DNA of 64,000 bases from an uncultured Actinomycetes bacterium (GCA_963709345.1 CAVPVX010000001.1:320001-384000); one strand, 5' to 3'. Counted from the stretch's first letter, positions 29,233-40,078 are shown. A program made the numbers and translations. The notes: generated by a model not told the origin, from the sequence alone.

Positions 29233-31080
29233 ATGAAGACCTTCTGGCGCATCCTCAAGCTGCTCGGCGACTACAAGTGGCTCACCTTCGTGGGCTTCAC
29301 GCTCGCTTTCGCCCAGATGGGCCTCGGGCTGCTCGTGCCGCGCATCATCCAGCTCACCATCAACAACGCGCTGATCGGCGGCGATACCGGGCTGCTGGTC
29401 ACCTACGGTCTCGCTCTTCTCGGCATCGCCTCGGCCCGCTTCGTCGTCGCCGTCGGGCGACGGCTGGCCAGCGGCAAGGCGAGCCTCGGCATCGAGTACG
29501 ACCTGCGTAACCGCATGTGGAGCCACCTGCTCCGACAGTCCTTCGGCTACTTCGATCGCTGGCCCACCGGGCAGCTCATGAGCCGGATCATGAGTGACGT
29601 CCAGAACGTGCGCATGTTCCTCGGCTACGGCATCGTCTTTTTCGCCACCAACATCGTGATGATGATCGCCGTGGCCGCGATACTGCTTCTGCTCGACTGG
29701 CGGCTCGGGCTGATGTCCCTCGCCTTCCTGCCCTTCTTGCTGCTCGTGACGGTGCGCTTCAGCCAGCGCCTGCAGCCGATACTCAAGGACGTGCAGCAGA
29801 GGATCGCCGATGTGACGGCGACCGCTGAGGAGAACGTGGTCGGCAGTCGCATCGTGCGCATCTTTGCGCGCGAGGATGACGAGCTCGAGAAGTTCAGCAG
29901 TCGCAGCTACAAGGTCTTCGAGGCCAGCGTCGCGGCGGCGCGTACCCGGGCCGTCTACATACCGCTGATCGCGTTCATTCCCAATCTGGCTGTCGCCGTC
30001 CTCCTGTACTACGGCGGCCGACAGGTGATCCAGGGTCAGCTGAGCCTGGGTGCGCTGGTCGCCTTCTACAGCTACCTGATGATGCTCGTGTATCCGGCGC
30101 AGGTGATCGGCTGGCTCACCGGTCTGGCACAGCGGGCGATCGCGAGCGGCGAGCGGGTCTACGACGTCTTGGACTCGCCCCTTGAGATGACGGAGCGGCC
30201 GGGCGCGAAGCCTCTGGTCGGGCCGCTCGGCCTGCCGGCGGAAGAGGGCGCCGGGCCGGCAGGCCCCGCCGGCACCGTCACCTTCGACGACGTGTGGTTC
30301 AGCTATGTCGACAGGCCGGTGCTGCGAGGCGTGAGCCTCGAGGTGCCGGCCGGCCGCACCCTCGCGCTTGTCGGCCACACTGGGTGCGGCAAGACCACGC
30401 TGACCAACCTCGTGCCGCGCTTCTACGACGTGAGCGCCGGCCGCGTCCTCATCGACGGCCAGGACGTGCGCGACCTGCGGACCGCCGATCTGCGCGGCCA
30501 CATCGGCATCGTCACGCAGGATCCCTTCCTCTTCAGCGCCTCGATCGCCGAGAACATCCGCTTCGGACGGCCCGAGGCGAGCGAAGAGGATGTGCGGGCG
30601 GCGGCGCGTACCGCGCAGGCCGACGACTTCATCGAGGCACTCCCCGAGGGTTACGAGACGGTCGTCGGCGAACGCGGATTCACGCTCAGCGGCGGCCAGC
30701 GCCAGCGCATCGCGATCGCGCGGGCGCTCGTCATGGACCCGCGCATCCTCATACTCGACGACGCCACCAGCAGCGTCGACGTCGAGACCGAGTTCAGGAT
30801 CCGGGCCGCGCTGACGGAGGTGATGCGCGGCCGCACGACCTTCATCATCGCCCATCGGCCCTCGACCATCTCGCTGGCCGACGAGGTCGTGGTGCTCGAT
30901 CACGGCCGGATAGAGGAGCGCGGCACCCACGAGGAGCTGATGGCGGCGGGAGGCCTCTACGCGCACATGTTCGGCGACGCGGAGCGCGCCGGTTGCGACC
31001 TGGATGTCGTGGCGGCGGGCGAGTCCGCGGCGGAGGCCGGCGGCGCGACAGGCCCGGCCGGCTCGGGGAGCGCCGCCTGA
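29233..31080 (+). CDS. Heterodimeric ABC exporter subunit 1 (TMD+NBD)
   Basis: TM domain plus GHTGCGKT, LSGGQRQR, degenerate Walker B LDDATS. Confidence 0.92.
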   Translation: MKTFWRILKLLGDYKWLTFVGFTLAFAQMGLGLLVPRIIQLTINNALIGGDTGLLVTYGLALLGIASARFVVAVGRRLASGKASLGIEYDLRNRMWSHLLRQSFGYFDRWPTGQLMSRIMSDVQNVRMFLGYGIVFFATNIVMMIAVAAILLLLDWRLGLMSLAFLPFLLLVTVRFSQRLQPILKDVQQRIADVTATAEENVVGSRIVRIFAREDDELEKFSSRSYKVFEASVAAARTRAVYIPLIAFIPNLAVAVLLYYGGRQVIQGQLSLGALVAFYSYLMMLVYPAQVIGWLTGLAQRAIASGERVYDVLDSPLEMTERPGAKPLVGPLGLPAEEGAGPAGPAGTVTFDDVWFSYVDRPVLRGVSLEVPAGRTLALVGHTGCGKTTLTNLVPRFYDVSAGRVLIDGQDVRDLRTADLRGHIGIVTQDPFLFSASIAENIRFGRPEASEEDVRAAARTAQADDFIEALPEGYETVVGERGFTLSGGQRQRIAIARALVMDPRILILDDATSSVDVETEFRIRAALTEVMRGRTTFIIAHRPSTISLADEVVVLDHGRIEERGTHEELMAAGGLYAHMFGDAERAGCDLDVVAAGESAAEAGGATGPAGSGSAA

Positions 31081-32900
31081 TGGCCGCCGCCCGCCACAGC
31101 CAGCGCGACGCCGGGGCCAGCCTCGAGGAGCTGCGCGGCTGGCGCGCCTTCGTGCATCTGGCGCGGGAGCTGAAGCTCGCCCGGCTCGCGCGCCTCGCCT
31201 ACCCGTATCGCCGCCGCGCCGCGCTCAGCATCGTCGCCATGCTCCTCGTGACGCTCAGCGGACTCACCGTGCCGTACCTGCTCAAAGTCGCCATCGACGG
31301 CGGCATAAGCGCCGGCGACGTCGACGTCCTCACCTGGGTGATCGTCGCCTTCATCGGCGTCAGCCTCGTCAACCTCGGCGCCAGCTACCTCCAGACCTAT
31401 CTGACGAGTTGGGTGGGCTCGCACATCATCTACGACCTGCGGCGCCAAGTGTTCGCGCACTTGCAGAAGCTGAGCCTCGACTTCTTCAGCCGCCAGAAGA
31501 CGGGCTGGATCGTGAGCCGACTCACCAACGACATCGACGCCCTGGACCAACTCGTCACCGAAGGCGTCACTTCGCTCATCACCAACTCGCTGACCTTCCT
31601 CGGCGCCATCGCCTTCCTCTTCATCCTTGACTGGCGACTCGCCCTGGCGACCCTCACGATCATGCCGCTGTTGATCGCGGCAACGCTCGTCTTCCGCTCC
31701 CACTCGGCGCGCGCCTACGCCGAGGTGCGCAACAAGATCGGGGACGTAAGCGCCCACCTGCAGGAGTCAATCTCCGGCATCCGCGTACTCAAAGCCTTCC
31801 GCCGCGAGGCGAGCGACTACGAGCGCCTGGCCGTCGCCAACGCGGCCTATCGTGACGTCAACATGCACACCGTCGTGCAGAGCGGGCTCTACTTCCCGTT
31901 CGTCGAGTTCATGTCGGCCACCGCCGTGCTCATCGTGATCTGGTACGGCGGCAGGCTGATCGGCGGCGACACGCTCGAGATCGGGGTCCTGGTCGCGTTC
32001 ATCGGGTACCTGAACAGCTTCTTCGACCCTCTGCAGCAGCTCAGCCAGCTCTACAACACCTTCCAGGCGTCGATGGCCGCGGTGCAGAAGATCTACACGG
32101 TCCTCGACACCGAGCCCGACATGCTCGATGCCCCCGATGCGGTCGATCTGACCGACGTGCGCGGCTTCGTGGAGCTGCGCGACGTCACGTTCGGCTACGA
32201 CCCGGACAAGCCGGTGCTTCACAACGTGAGCCTGCAGATCCCCGCGGGGAAGACAGTCGCGCTCGTCGGCGCCACCGGCGCCGGAAAGTCGACGGTCATC
32301 AAGCTGCTGGCGCGCTTCTACGACCCTACCGACGGATCGGTGCTGGTGGACGATCACGACCTGAGGCAGGTCACGGCGAGTTCGCTGCGCGAGCAGCTCG
32401 CCGTCGTGCCGCAGGAGGCCTTCTTGTTCAGCGGCTCGGTGATGGACAACATCCGCTTCGCCCGCCCAGCGGCCGTCGAGGACGAGGTCAAGCGCGTCGC
32501 GCGGATCGTCGGCGTGCACGACTTCGTCGAGGGCCTGCCAGACGGCTACGACACCGAGGTCCAAGAGGGCGGCGCCGCGCTCAGCACCGGGCAGCGCCAG
32601 CTCATCAGCTTCGCGCGGGCACTGCTCGCCGACCCGCGCATCCTGATCCTGGACGAGGCCACGAGCAGCGTCGACGCCGAGAGCGAGCGCCGCATCGAGC
32701 GCGCCATGGAGGTGCTCTTCAGCGGCCGCACCAGCATCATCGTCGCTCACCGGCTGAGCACCGTGCGCTATGCCGACGAGATCCTGGTCATCGACGCCGG
32801 CAGGGTGGTGGAGCGCGGCGATCACGCTACGCTGGTCGCCGCCGGAGGCCGCTACGCCGGTCTCTATCGCGACTGGGAGGCGACAGGGATGGCGGTCTGA
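31080..32900 (+). CDS. Heterodimeric ABC exporter subunit 2 (TMD+NBD)
   Basis: GATGAGKST, LSTGQRQL, LDEATS, AHRLST; TGATG-coupled to subunit 1. Confidence 0.92.
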   Translation: MAAARHSQRDAGASLEELRGWRAFVHLARELKLARLARLAYPYRRRAALSIVAMLLVTLSGLTVPYLLKVAIDGGISAGDVDVLTWVIVAFIGVSLVNLGASYLQTYLTSWVGSHIIYDLRRQVFAHLQKLSLDFFSRQKTGWIVSRLTNDIDALDQLVTEGVTSLITNSLTFLGAIAFLFILDWRLALATLTIMPLLIAATLVFRSHSARAYAEVRNKIGDVSAHLQESISGIRVLKAFRREASDYERLAVANAAYRDVNMHTVVQSGLYFPFVEFMSATAVLIVIWYGGRLIGGDTLEIGVLVAFIGYLNSFFDPLQQLSQLYNTFQASMAAVQKIYTVLDTEPDMLDAPDAVDLTDVRGFVELRDVTFGYDPDKPVLHNVSLQIPAGKTVALVGATGAGKSTVIKLLARFYDPTDGSVLVDDHDLRQVTASSLREQLAVVPQEAFLFSGSVMDNIRFARPAAVEDEVKRVARIVGVHDFVEGLPDGYDTEVQEGGAALSTGQRQLISFARALLADPRILILDEATSSVDAESERRIERAMEVLFSGRTSIIVAHRLSTVRYADEILVIDAGRVVERGDHATLVAAGGRYAGLYRDWEATGMAV

Positions 32901-33002
32901 TCGGCCCGGCGGCGCTTCGCGAGTCAGGCGCACGGCGTCGTGCCCACGGCGGCCTGTGTACGGTCGGGGCGGAGCGAGGGCCGCGCCGTCGCGTGCCGGC
33001 GG

Positions 33003-34004
33003 CTACGCCGACAGCTCCGCGACGGCGCCGGTCTCGCGCGTCACATACCCTCCAAGGCCGTCGATGGACCGCTTGAAGTCGTCGTCGTTGAGTAACGCGA
33101 GCAGCGGCGCGAGCAGCTCGCTCTCGTAGTGCTCGCGCGGCGTCACGAGGTCGTAGCGCTCTTCGATCACCGGCACGAAGTCGAGGCCGTGAGCACGCGC
33201 CGCCGGCAGGATGCCGAGCGCGACATCGGCGGCGCCGGATGCGACAGAGCGAGCGGCCGCCTCGTGTGTCATCACCTCATCCTCGTAGCCGACGACCGTG
33301 ACGGGGTCGACTCCGGCGACCGCGAGCAGCCGGTCGAGCCACAGACGCGTCCCGGAACCGCGATTGCGGTTCACGAGGCGTGCGCGCCCAGCGACGGCCT
33401 CAGCGAGGCCGGCGAAGCCGTGGGGGTTGCCCGCCGGCAGGATGAGCCCCTGCTCGCGGTGGGCGAGGGTGACCAGCACGAGAGCGCGGCCCGGGAACAG
33501 GGCCCGCGCGTACGAGCGGTTGAACTCGCCGCTCTCAACGTCGAACAGGTGGCAGCCGGCCATGTGCCCAAGGCCGTGCCGCAAAGCGATCAGCCCCTCG
33601 AGGCTGCCCACGGCCATGGTCACGACATCGGGCGCCGTCTCGTCGTCGCGCAGGCGGCGCGCCAGCACGTCCAGAGCAAGGTCGTCGCTGCCCAGGATGA
33701 CGAGCAGCCCACGCGCTTCGGGCTCCGGCAGCACCATGAAGTTGACTGCGTAAGCGCGCGCCGTAGCACAGTAGAACTTCTCGACGTAGCCTTTGGTCGA
33801 CCGCGTCTCGACGAGGTCCACGAGCCCCGCTCGTTCGAGGCTCAGGATGTGATGTCGGACCCAGGCCGGGTGGTGCCCGACGGCGTCGCCCAGCTGGGTG
33901 AGGGTCGCCTGCCCGCGCATGAGCAGCCTGAGCAGGCACAGCCGCTCGTCGTTGGCGAGTACGCGCACCGTGTCGATGGCGTCTATGTGACTGATCTCTT
34001 CCAC
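33003..34004 (-). CDS. ArsR-like HTH fused to a molybdate/tungstate-type PBP domain
   Basis: N-terminal HTH; GSDDLAL, GSLEGL, AGCHL, REQGL, NRNRGSGTR, EERYDL. Confidence 0.82.
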   Translation of the reverse strand: MEEISHIDAIDTVRVLANDERLCLLRLLMRGQATLTQLGDAVGHHPAWVRHHILSLERAGLVDLVETRSTKGYVEKFYCATARAYAVNFMVLPEPEARGLLVILGSDDLALDVLARRLRDDETAPDVVTMAVGSLEGLIALRHGLGHMAGCHLFDVESGEFNRSYARALFPGRALVLVTLAHREQGLILPAGNPHGFAGLAEAVAGRARLVNRNRGSGTRLWLDRLLAVAGVDPVTVVGYEDEVMTHEAAARSVASGAADVALGILPAARAHGLDFVPVIEERYDLVTPREHYESELLAPLLALLNDDDFKRSIDGLGGYVTRETGAVAELSA

Positions 34005-34094
34005 GGCGGGGTTCCTGGCGAACTGCGTCCTTCGACGTACCGGCCTTTAGGCAATCCTTAGCGTCGCCCAGAGTCGCAGCCGCCTGCGCGGGTG

Positions 34095-35405
34095 TCAAGC
34101 ATCCGCGGGCGCTCCCGGCGGTGGTACGCTGCGCGGGCCCATGGCGATGGGTGCGCGCACGTCGCGCCACGCCAACTGGAAGACGCTGACGAAGATCGCG
34201 ACCCCGGCGCTGACCCACAGGACGGTGGTGATGCCGAAGGCATCGGCCAGCGGGCCGGCCAGCGCCAGCCCCGCCGGGTAGAACGCCAGGGAGCCAAGGT
34301 AATCGTAGCTCGAGACGCGCGAGATCATGCGAGGAGCGACCACGCGCTGCATGCAGGTCGTCCAGAACGGGTCGTAGAGACCCCACTCGACGCCCATGGC
34401 CATCATCGCGAGGTACAGCATCCAGACGGGAGCCTCCACGGCGAGCAGGGCGACCGGGAGTGCAGCCAGGCTCATGCCCGCGGCGATCACGAGCATCGGC
34501 CGGCGCGGCCGCCAGCGCAGGCTGAGCAGGCCGCCGGCGATCTGGCCGAGGCCCATCGCGGCGGAGGTGAAGCCCCAGGTGCGCGCTCCGTCGTAGACAT
34601 CGCGCGCCACTATCGGCCCCAGCACCTGGATCGGTCCGTCGATCGCGAAGAGGAACATGGAGGCGCCGGCGACCATCACCCACAGCCAGGTGTGGCTGGT
34701 GAACTCCTGCCAGCCGGCGGCCAGGTCGCGGAAGAAGCTCCGCCCGGCGACGGAGCCGGCGGCCTGAGCGTCCACGAGGCCCGCTTCCTCCACCGGCTCC
34801 CGCCGGCCGCGAAACGCCGCCGGCCGAAGCCGCAGCAGGAACCACGCGCTGACGAGATACGTGAGGCCGTCGATGCCGATCCCCCAGCCGGGGCCGACGG
34901 CGGCGACCACGAGGCCGGCCGAGAGAGCGCCGATCGTGATCGAGCCGCTCATCACGAGGCTGCTCAGCGCGTTCGCCTGCTGAAGACGTCCCTCGCTCAC
35001 CACCTGTGGAATGAGCCCGATCGCCGCCGGCCGGAAGAACGCCTCGCACGCGCCCATGCCGACCTGCAGCAGCGCAAGGTGCCAGACCTCGGCGACTCCG
35101 GCTATGAGCAGCCCCGCCGTCGCGCACTGCAGGCCGAACCGGACGACGTCGGCGACCAGCATGACCTTCTGCCTGGGCAGACGATCCGCCCACACGCCGC
35201 CGATCAGCAGGAAGACGGCCAGCGGCACCAGATTGGACGCCTCGACGATACCGATGTCGGTGGCCGAGCCTCCGATGTCGAGGACGGCGAAGGGAAGCGC
35301 GACGATCGTGAACATGACCCCGACCACGGAGGTCGCCTGGCCGAGGAACAGCTTGCGATACTCGGGTTCGCGCAGCGCTGCAAGGCTGTCGGAGAGCTTG
35401 CCCAC
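34095..35405 (-). CDS. MFS transporter
   Basis: GGVWADRLPR motif A; about 12 TM segments. Confidence 0.9.
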   Translation of the reverse strand: MGKLSDSLAALREPEYRKLFLGQATSVVGVMFTIVALPFAVLDIGGSATDIGIVEASNLVPLAVFLLIGGVWADRLPRQKVMLVADVVRFGLQCATAGLLIAGVAEVWHLALLQVGMGACEAFFRPAAIGLIPQVVSEGRLQQANALSSLVMSGSITIGALSAGLVVAAVGPGWGIGIDGLTYLVSAWFLLRLRPAAFRGRREPVEEAGLVDAQAAGSVAGRSFFRDLAAGWQEFTSHTWLWVMVAGASMFLFAIDGPIQVLGPIVARDVYDGARTWGFTSAAMGLGQIAGGLLSLRWRPRRPMLVIAAGMSLAALPVALLAVEAPVWMLYLAMMAMGVEWGLYDPFWTTCMQRVVAPRMISRVSSYDYLGSLAFYPAGLALAGPLADAFGITTVLWVSAGVAIFVSVFQLAWRDVRAPIAMGPRSVPPPGAPADA

Positions 35406-37724
35406 CTACTCGATGCGGGGCAGCCACGCAAGCCAGCCGGGCAGCCACCAGCTCCGGCGCCCCAGAAGTCTCATCGCGGCAGGGACCATCAGCACCCGTA
35501 TCACGGTGGCGTCGAGCGCCACCGCGACGGCAAGCCCCACGCCGATCGCCTTGGTGATGACGATGGACGTGAACGCAAACGACAGGCCGACCACCACGAT
35601 GATCGCCGCCGCGCTCGTGATGATGCGCCCGGTCCGCGTGAGCCCGAAGGCCACCGCCCTCACGCTGTCGTGGCTTGCGTCCCATTCCTCACGCATGCGT
35701 GAGAGCAGGAAGACCTCGTAGTCCATCGACACCCCGAAGACCGTACAGAAGAGGATCACTGGCAACTCGGCGTCGACGGCGCCGGAGGCGTTGAAGCGGA
35801 ACAGCCACTCGAGGTTGCCCTCCTGGAAGATCCAGACCATGGCACCGTATCCTGCGAGCAGCGAGAAGACATTCATGATCACGGCCTTCACCGGCAGGAC
35901 GACACTTCGCAGCAGCAGGAGCAGGACGAGGGCGGTGACACAAACGACGAAGACGATGATGCCGGGGAAGCGGCGGTAGATCGCGTCGACGAAGTCGAAG
36001 ACCGTCATGGACACACCGGTGACGTAGATGATCGTCCCCGGAGGTCCGCCGGCCTCGAGGATCCCGACGGCCAGCTGCTGCGCCTCGTCGGAGGTCGGCC
36101 GCTGCTCGGGGACGACGCGGAAGAGCGCCGTTCCGGGCGCGGTGGTCGCCCCAGCAAGCCTGAGGGCGGACTTGCGCTGCTGGGCGCCGAGCAGCCCCCG
36201 GATGACCGCCGGCAGATCGGCCGTCTCGGCGCCCGGCCGCTCGCCGGAGTCGGACTCCGATGCGTCCGCCTCGCGCACGCTCCGCCAGAAGCCGGCCGCT
36301 CCGGCGGCCGACTCAATGCCGGGCAGATTCACCACACTGGTAACGCGGTCCACGCCGGGTAACGTGTCGAGCTCCTGCCCGTACTCGAACAGTCGCTTGA
36401 GGTTTTCCGGCGCGAACGGATCCTCGTCGCCCCCCCACGTCACGAGGACCTCGACCGGCGAGAGCGCCGCCACATCGAAACGCTCCTGCAGGATGTCGTA
36501 ACCCTGCCGGGCCTCCGAGTCGCGCGGCAGGGCCGTCGCACCGGGGATCTCCGTCTGGATGCCCAGCACCGGCCAGGCGAAGACAGCCACCAGAGCGACG
36601 GTCCCGATCAGGACGGGGATCGGGTGCCGCATGACCCAGTCGCTCCAGCGTCCCCAGAACAGGCTGTCGCTCCCCGTCCGGCCGATGACGCGCAGCGAGT
36701 TCACTCGTGGGCCGAGGATCCCCAGCAGCGCCGGGAGAAGCGTCAGTGCGGCGAGCACGCTGAAGAAGACGACGAGCGCTCCGCCCAGCCCCATCGAGCG
36801 GAGGGACATGTACGGGATGCTCATCAACCCGAGCAGGCCGACAATGACCGTCAGGCCGCTGAAGAAGATCGACCGTCCGGCGAACTCCACCGTCGTCTCG
36901 ACCGCTTGGGCAACGGTCTGCCCGGCCCCAAGCTCCTCGCGGAACCGGCCCACCATGAACAGGGCGTAGTCGATACCGACGGCGAGACCCAGCAGGGTCG
37001 CGACATTGAGCGCGAACACCGAGATGTCGACGGCCTGGGCGAGCAGCCAGAAGCAGCCGAGGGTCACAGTGACAGCCATGCCCCCGCCGATCACGGGAAG
37101 GCTCGCCGCCACGAGCGTCCCGAAGATCAGCACCAGAACGAGGATGGCGACGGGGAACGTGTAACTCTCGGCCTTGCGCAGATCCTCCGCCGAGCGCTGC
37201 TCCAGCTCGGCGTACACGGCAGGATCGCCGGCGAGGTACGTCGTCAGGTCCGTCGGGGCGAGAGCGCGCCGCAGCGCCGGGGTCTGCTTCTGAACCTCCT
37301 CCGTTGTCCCGTCGAACTCGAGGACGGCGAAGGTCGCCTTGCCGTCGCGGGAGATGAACCCGGCGTCGCCGGTGGTGAACGCCGTCGAGACGCGAGTGAG
37401 GCCGTCGAGGCCGGCGTCCTCGACGCCGGAGAGGGCCTCGTCCATCTGGACCCTGAAGGCCGGGCTGCGCGCCGGCGTCACGTCGCTCGTGAAGACGATG
37501 GTCAGGCTGGAGGGGCCGAACCCGAGACGCTCCTGCATCTGGCGCTGGCCTCGCTGCGACGGCGACTCCGGGTTGGTGAAGCCGCCGCCCTTCAGCTGCG
37601 ACGCCACATCGAGGCTGGCGACGAGGCCGGCGGCGAACGCCAGAGCCCACAGGACGACGATGAGTCTGCGGCGGCGGTACGAGAACCGCCCGAGCGCGGC
37701 GAACACCCCTGTGTCCCTCCTCAC
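35406..37724 (-). CDS. MMPL-family (RND) transporter
   Basis: GLAVGIDYALF..RFREE, FGVSMDYEVFLLSRMREE, DATVIR..VPA. Confidence 0.93.
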   Translation of the reverse strand: MRRDTGVFAALGRFSYRRRRLIVVLWALAFAAGLVASLDVASQLKGGGFTNPESPSQRGQRQMQERLGFGPSSLTIVFTSDVTPARSPAFRVQMDEALSGVEDAGLDGLTRVSTAFTTGDAGFISRDGKATFAVLEFDGTTEEVQKQTPALRRALAPTDLTTYLAGDPAVYAELEQRSAEDLRKAESYTFPVAILVLVLIFGTLVAASLPVIGGGMAVTVTLGCFWLLAQAVDISVFALNVATLLGLAVGIDYALFMVGRFREELGAGQTVAQAVETTVEFAGRSIFFSGLTVIVGLLGLMSIPYMSLRSMGLGGALVVFFSVLAALTLLPALLGILGPRVNSLRVIGRTGSDSLFWGRWSDWVMRHPIPVLIGTVALVAVFAWPVLGIQTEIPGATALPRDSEARQGYDILQERFDVAALSPVEVLVTWGGDEDPFAPENLKRLFEYGQELDTLPGVDRVTSVVNLPGIESAAGAAGFWRSVREADASESDSGERPGAETADLPAVIRGLLGAQQRKSALRLAGATTAPGTALFRVVPEQRPTSDEAQQLAVGILEAGGPPGTIIYVTGVSMTVFDFVDAIYRRFPGIIVFVVCVTALVLLLLLRSVVLPVKAVIMNVFSLLAGYGAMVWIFQEGNLEWLFRFNASGAVDAELPVILFCTVFGVSMDYEVFLLSRMREEWDASHDSVRAVAFGLTRTGRIITSAAAIIVVVGLSFAFTSIVITKAIGVGLAVAVALDATVIRVLMVPAAMRLLGRRSWWLPGWLAWLPRIE

Positions 37725-37788
37725 GAGAAGGCCGCAGCCGGCCGCTCACCGAGCGGGTGCGGCCGTTCAGAACGATATACTACGCGCG

Positions 37789-38262
37789 ATGAGTCGGCCG
37801 TCTCTCGAAGAGCCCGGGACCGTGATGCCAGGACCGCGCGAAAGGACATCGGCAGGTGGAGTCGTCGTCCGCACGGACGGCGGCGTCGAGGTCTGCCTCA
37901 TCCGGCCCGCGGGCCGCTCGGTCTGGGGCCTCCCCAAGGGCGGCGTCGAAGAAGGGGAGACCCACGCCGAGGCCGCCCTGCGCGAGATCTCCGAGGAGAC
38001 CGGCCTCTTCGGCACCGTCGAGCAGGAACTGGGCACCATCGACTACGCCTTCTATTCGCGCGAGCAGGGCGACCGCATCCACAAGACGGTCCACTACTTC
38101 CTGGTGCGAGCGACCGGCGGCGACACGTCGCACCACGACCATGAGGTGAGCGAAGCCCGCTGGGTGCGGCTGCGCCAGGCGCTGCGGCTCATGACGTATC
38201 CGAACGAACGCGAGATGGTGCGGCGCGCCGCGACCGCGCTCGGTCGGCCGGCCATCGACTGA
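37789..38262 (+). CDS. NUDIX hydrolase
   Basis: SAGGVV, LPKGGVEEGET..EAALREISEETG Nudix box. Confidence 0.9.
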   Translation: MSRPSLEEPGTVMPGPRERTSAGGVVVRTDGGVEVCLIRPAGRSVWGLPKGGVEEGETHAEAALREISEETGLFGTVEQELGTIDYAFYSREQGDRIHKTVHYFLVRATGGDTSHHDHEVSEARWVRLRQALRLMTYPNEREMVRRAATALGRPAID

Positions 38263-38307
38263 CGGCGGCGCCAAGCTGGACGGCCGAGGCGCCGGCCGGC
38301 GTGCAGC

Positions 38308-39162
38308 TCAGATCCACACCAGTGGCTCGTGCTCGACGCGGGCCTCCTCCAGGGTCCGCTGTAAGCCCGCGAGCATCTCCGCCGCGCCGACATCCACGAA
38401 GTCGTAGTGCGCCAGAGCGAGCCAGGACTCGGGCGTCACGTGATGCCCGGCGCACTCCCGCATTCCGCGGCGCAGACGCTCGGCCGCTCCGGTCAGCCCC
38501 CTGCGGCTGATGTCGGGCAACACCAGCACGAAGCCCCCCCCGTCGGTGAGCCCGATGCTGTCGTACCGACGCAGATTCTCGCGCAGACACACGCCGATCT
38601 CGTGCCGCATGGCACGCCGCCTCGCGTGGGCGACGACTCCGTGCCCCTGATCCGCCTCGCTGAACGCCAACTCGACGAGACCGAGCGACAGGTCCATGCG
38701 CTGGCACCGCTCCACCTCAAGCGCAAGCCGCTCCGCAAGCTCCGCGGGCTTCATCGCCCCGGTATCGAGATCGATCGGTGAGGATTCCGCCGCCGCCCGG
38801 CGTAGCCGTTCGATGGTCTCTTCGAGCCCGGCCGAGTAGCCGGAGGCGATCCGCGTGAGCGCCACATGCTCCAGATCGAGGAGGCTCCGGCCTGCCGTCT
38901 CGGCGCCGAGATCCCCGCTCGCCTCGATGTGCGCGCGCAGTTGTTCGCTCCCGTCGCTGAACGCATCGAGCAGGCTCGCTACCGGCACGCGCTGGCTCAG
39001 GCCCGCGCCCCGGGCGACTTCCTCGATGGCCGTGAGGAACGGCACGTCGTCACCGCCGAGAGCCAGGCGAAGGCAGGGCAGAGCCGGTTCCCAGAGACTC
39101 CGAGAAACGTCTCCGAGCTCGAGTTGCGCCAGAACCGCATCCCCGGTCGATACCACAGCCAC
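38308..39162 (-). CDS. Degenerate GGDEF-domain protein
   Basis: D.DTG......ERL..EVER..R....LGL; LRRYDSIGLTDGGGFVLVLP...AAERLR. Confidence 0.65.
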   Translation of the reverse strand: MAVVSTGDAVLAQLELGDVSRSLWEPALPCLRLALGGDDVPFLTAIEEVARGAGLSQRVPVASLLDAFSDGSEQLRAHIEASGDLGAETAGRSLLDLEHVALTRIASGYSAGLEETIERLRRAAAESSPIDLDTGAMKPAELAERLALEVERCQRMDLSLGLVELAFSEADQGHGVVAHARRRAMRHEIGVCLRENLRRYDSIGLTDGGGFVLVLPDISRRGLTGAAERLRRGMRECAGHHVTPESWLALAHYDFVDVGAAEMLAGLQRTLEEARVEHEPLVWI

Positions 39163-39271
39163 CCCTTCGGTGCGTGGTCCCGCATAGTGATCATCTCTAT
39201 CAGGGATTGTACCGTCGGGGCTCGAAGTACACACACGTTGGAGTGTACGCGACGAGAAAGGCGAGGCAGAC

Positions 39272-40078
39272 ATGAGCGTGACGCTGCTCGGCACGATGGG
39301 GTGGATGCCCAGCGACCAGCGAGAGACGACGTGCTTCGCCGCTCGCTCCGGCCCGGACCTCTTCGTCTTCGACGCGGGCACCGGACTGCGCAGGCTGCTC
39401 GATCCCGCCCACGCGACGCTCCTCGAGGGCGCCGGGACAGTCCACCTGTTCCTCAGCCACTACCACCTGGATCACGTGTGTGGACTCGCCTACCTCCCCG
39501 GCGTCCTTCCGGGGAGGAATGTGGTGCTGCATCCGCCGGACCGGGCGATCACCGGCGTCGACCCGCACGACGCCGTCGCCGGAGTGCTGCGCAGACCGTA
39601 CAACCCCGTCGACCTCGCGGACATGGGCCGGGTGCAGGTGGAGCCGCTCGCGGCCGGCGCCAACGACGTGGCCGGCCGCACCATCCGTGTGCGTGCACAG
39701 CGTCACTCCGATGTCAGCGTCTCCTTCCGCGTCGACGACGAGTTCGTCGTCGCCACGGACACGTCGCCAGACCCGGGCCTGCCGGCGTTCGCCTCCGGCG
39801 CACGCCTGCTGCTGCACGAGGCGTGGTACTGGGAAGACGATCCCGGGCTGAGCTCCATCCCGCCCGATCTCCGCCCCGGCTACGCCGCGCACAGCGAGGC
39901 GGCGGAGGTGGCGCGGCTGGCGGCGGAGGCCGGCGTGGGCCGTCTCGTCCTCGTCCACCTCAACCCGCTGGCCGGCGAAGACTCCTTCGCGGGCATGCTG
40001 GAAGTGGCCGGCGCCGTGTTCGCGCGCACAGAGGTGCGCCCCGACGGCGCCGTGCTCCCCACGGACTCCGGCGATTGA
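39272..40078 (+). CDS. Metallo-beta-lactamase-fold hydrolase (RNase Z-like)
   Basis: LLGT.G, DAGTG, SHYHLDH, TDT, LLHEA, AHS, LVHL. Confidence 0.85.
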   Translation: MSVTLLGTMGWMPSDQRETTCFAARSGPDLFVFDAGTGLRRLLDPAHATLLEGAGTVHLFLSHYHLDHVCGLAYLPGVLPGRNVVLHPPDRAITGVDPHDAVAGVLRRPYNPVDLADMGRVQVEPLAAGANDVAGRTIRVRAQRHSDVSVSFRVDDEFVVATDTSPDPGLPAFASGARLLLHEAWYWEDDPGLSSIPPDLRPGYAAHSEAAEVARLAAEAGVGRLVLVHLNPLAGEDSFAGMLEVAGAVFARTEVRPDGAVLPTDSGD

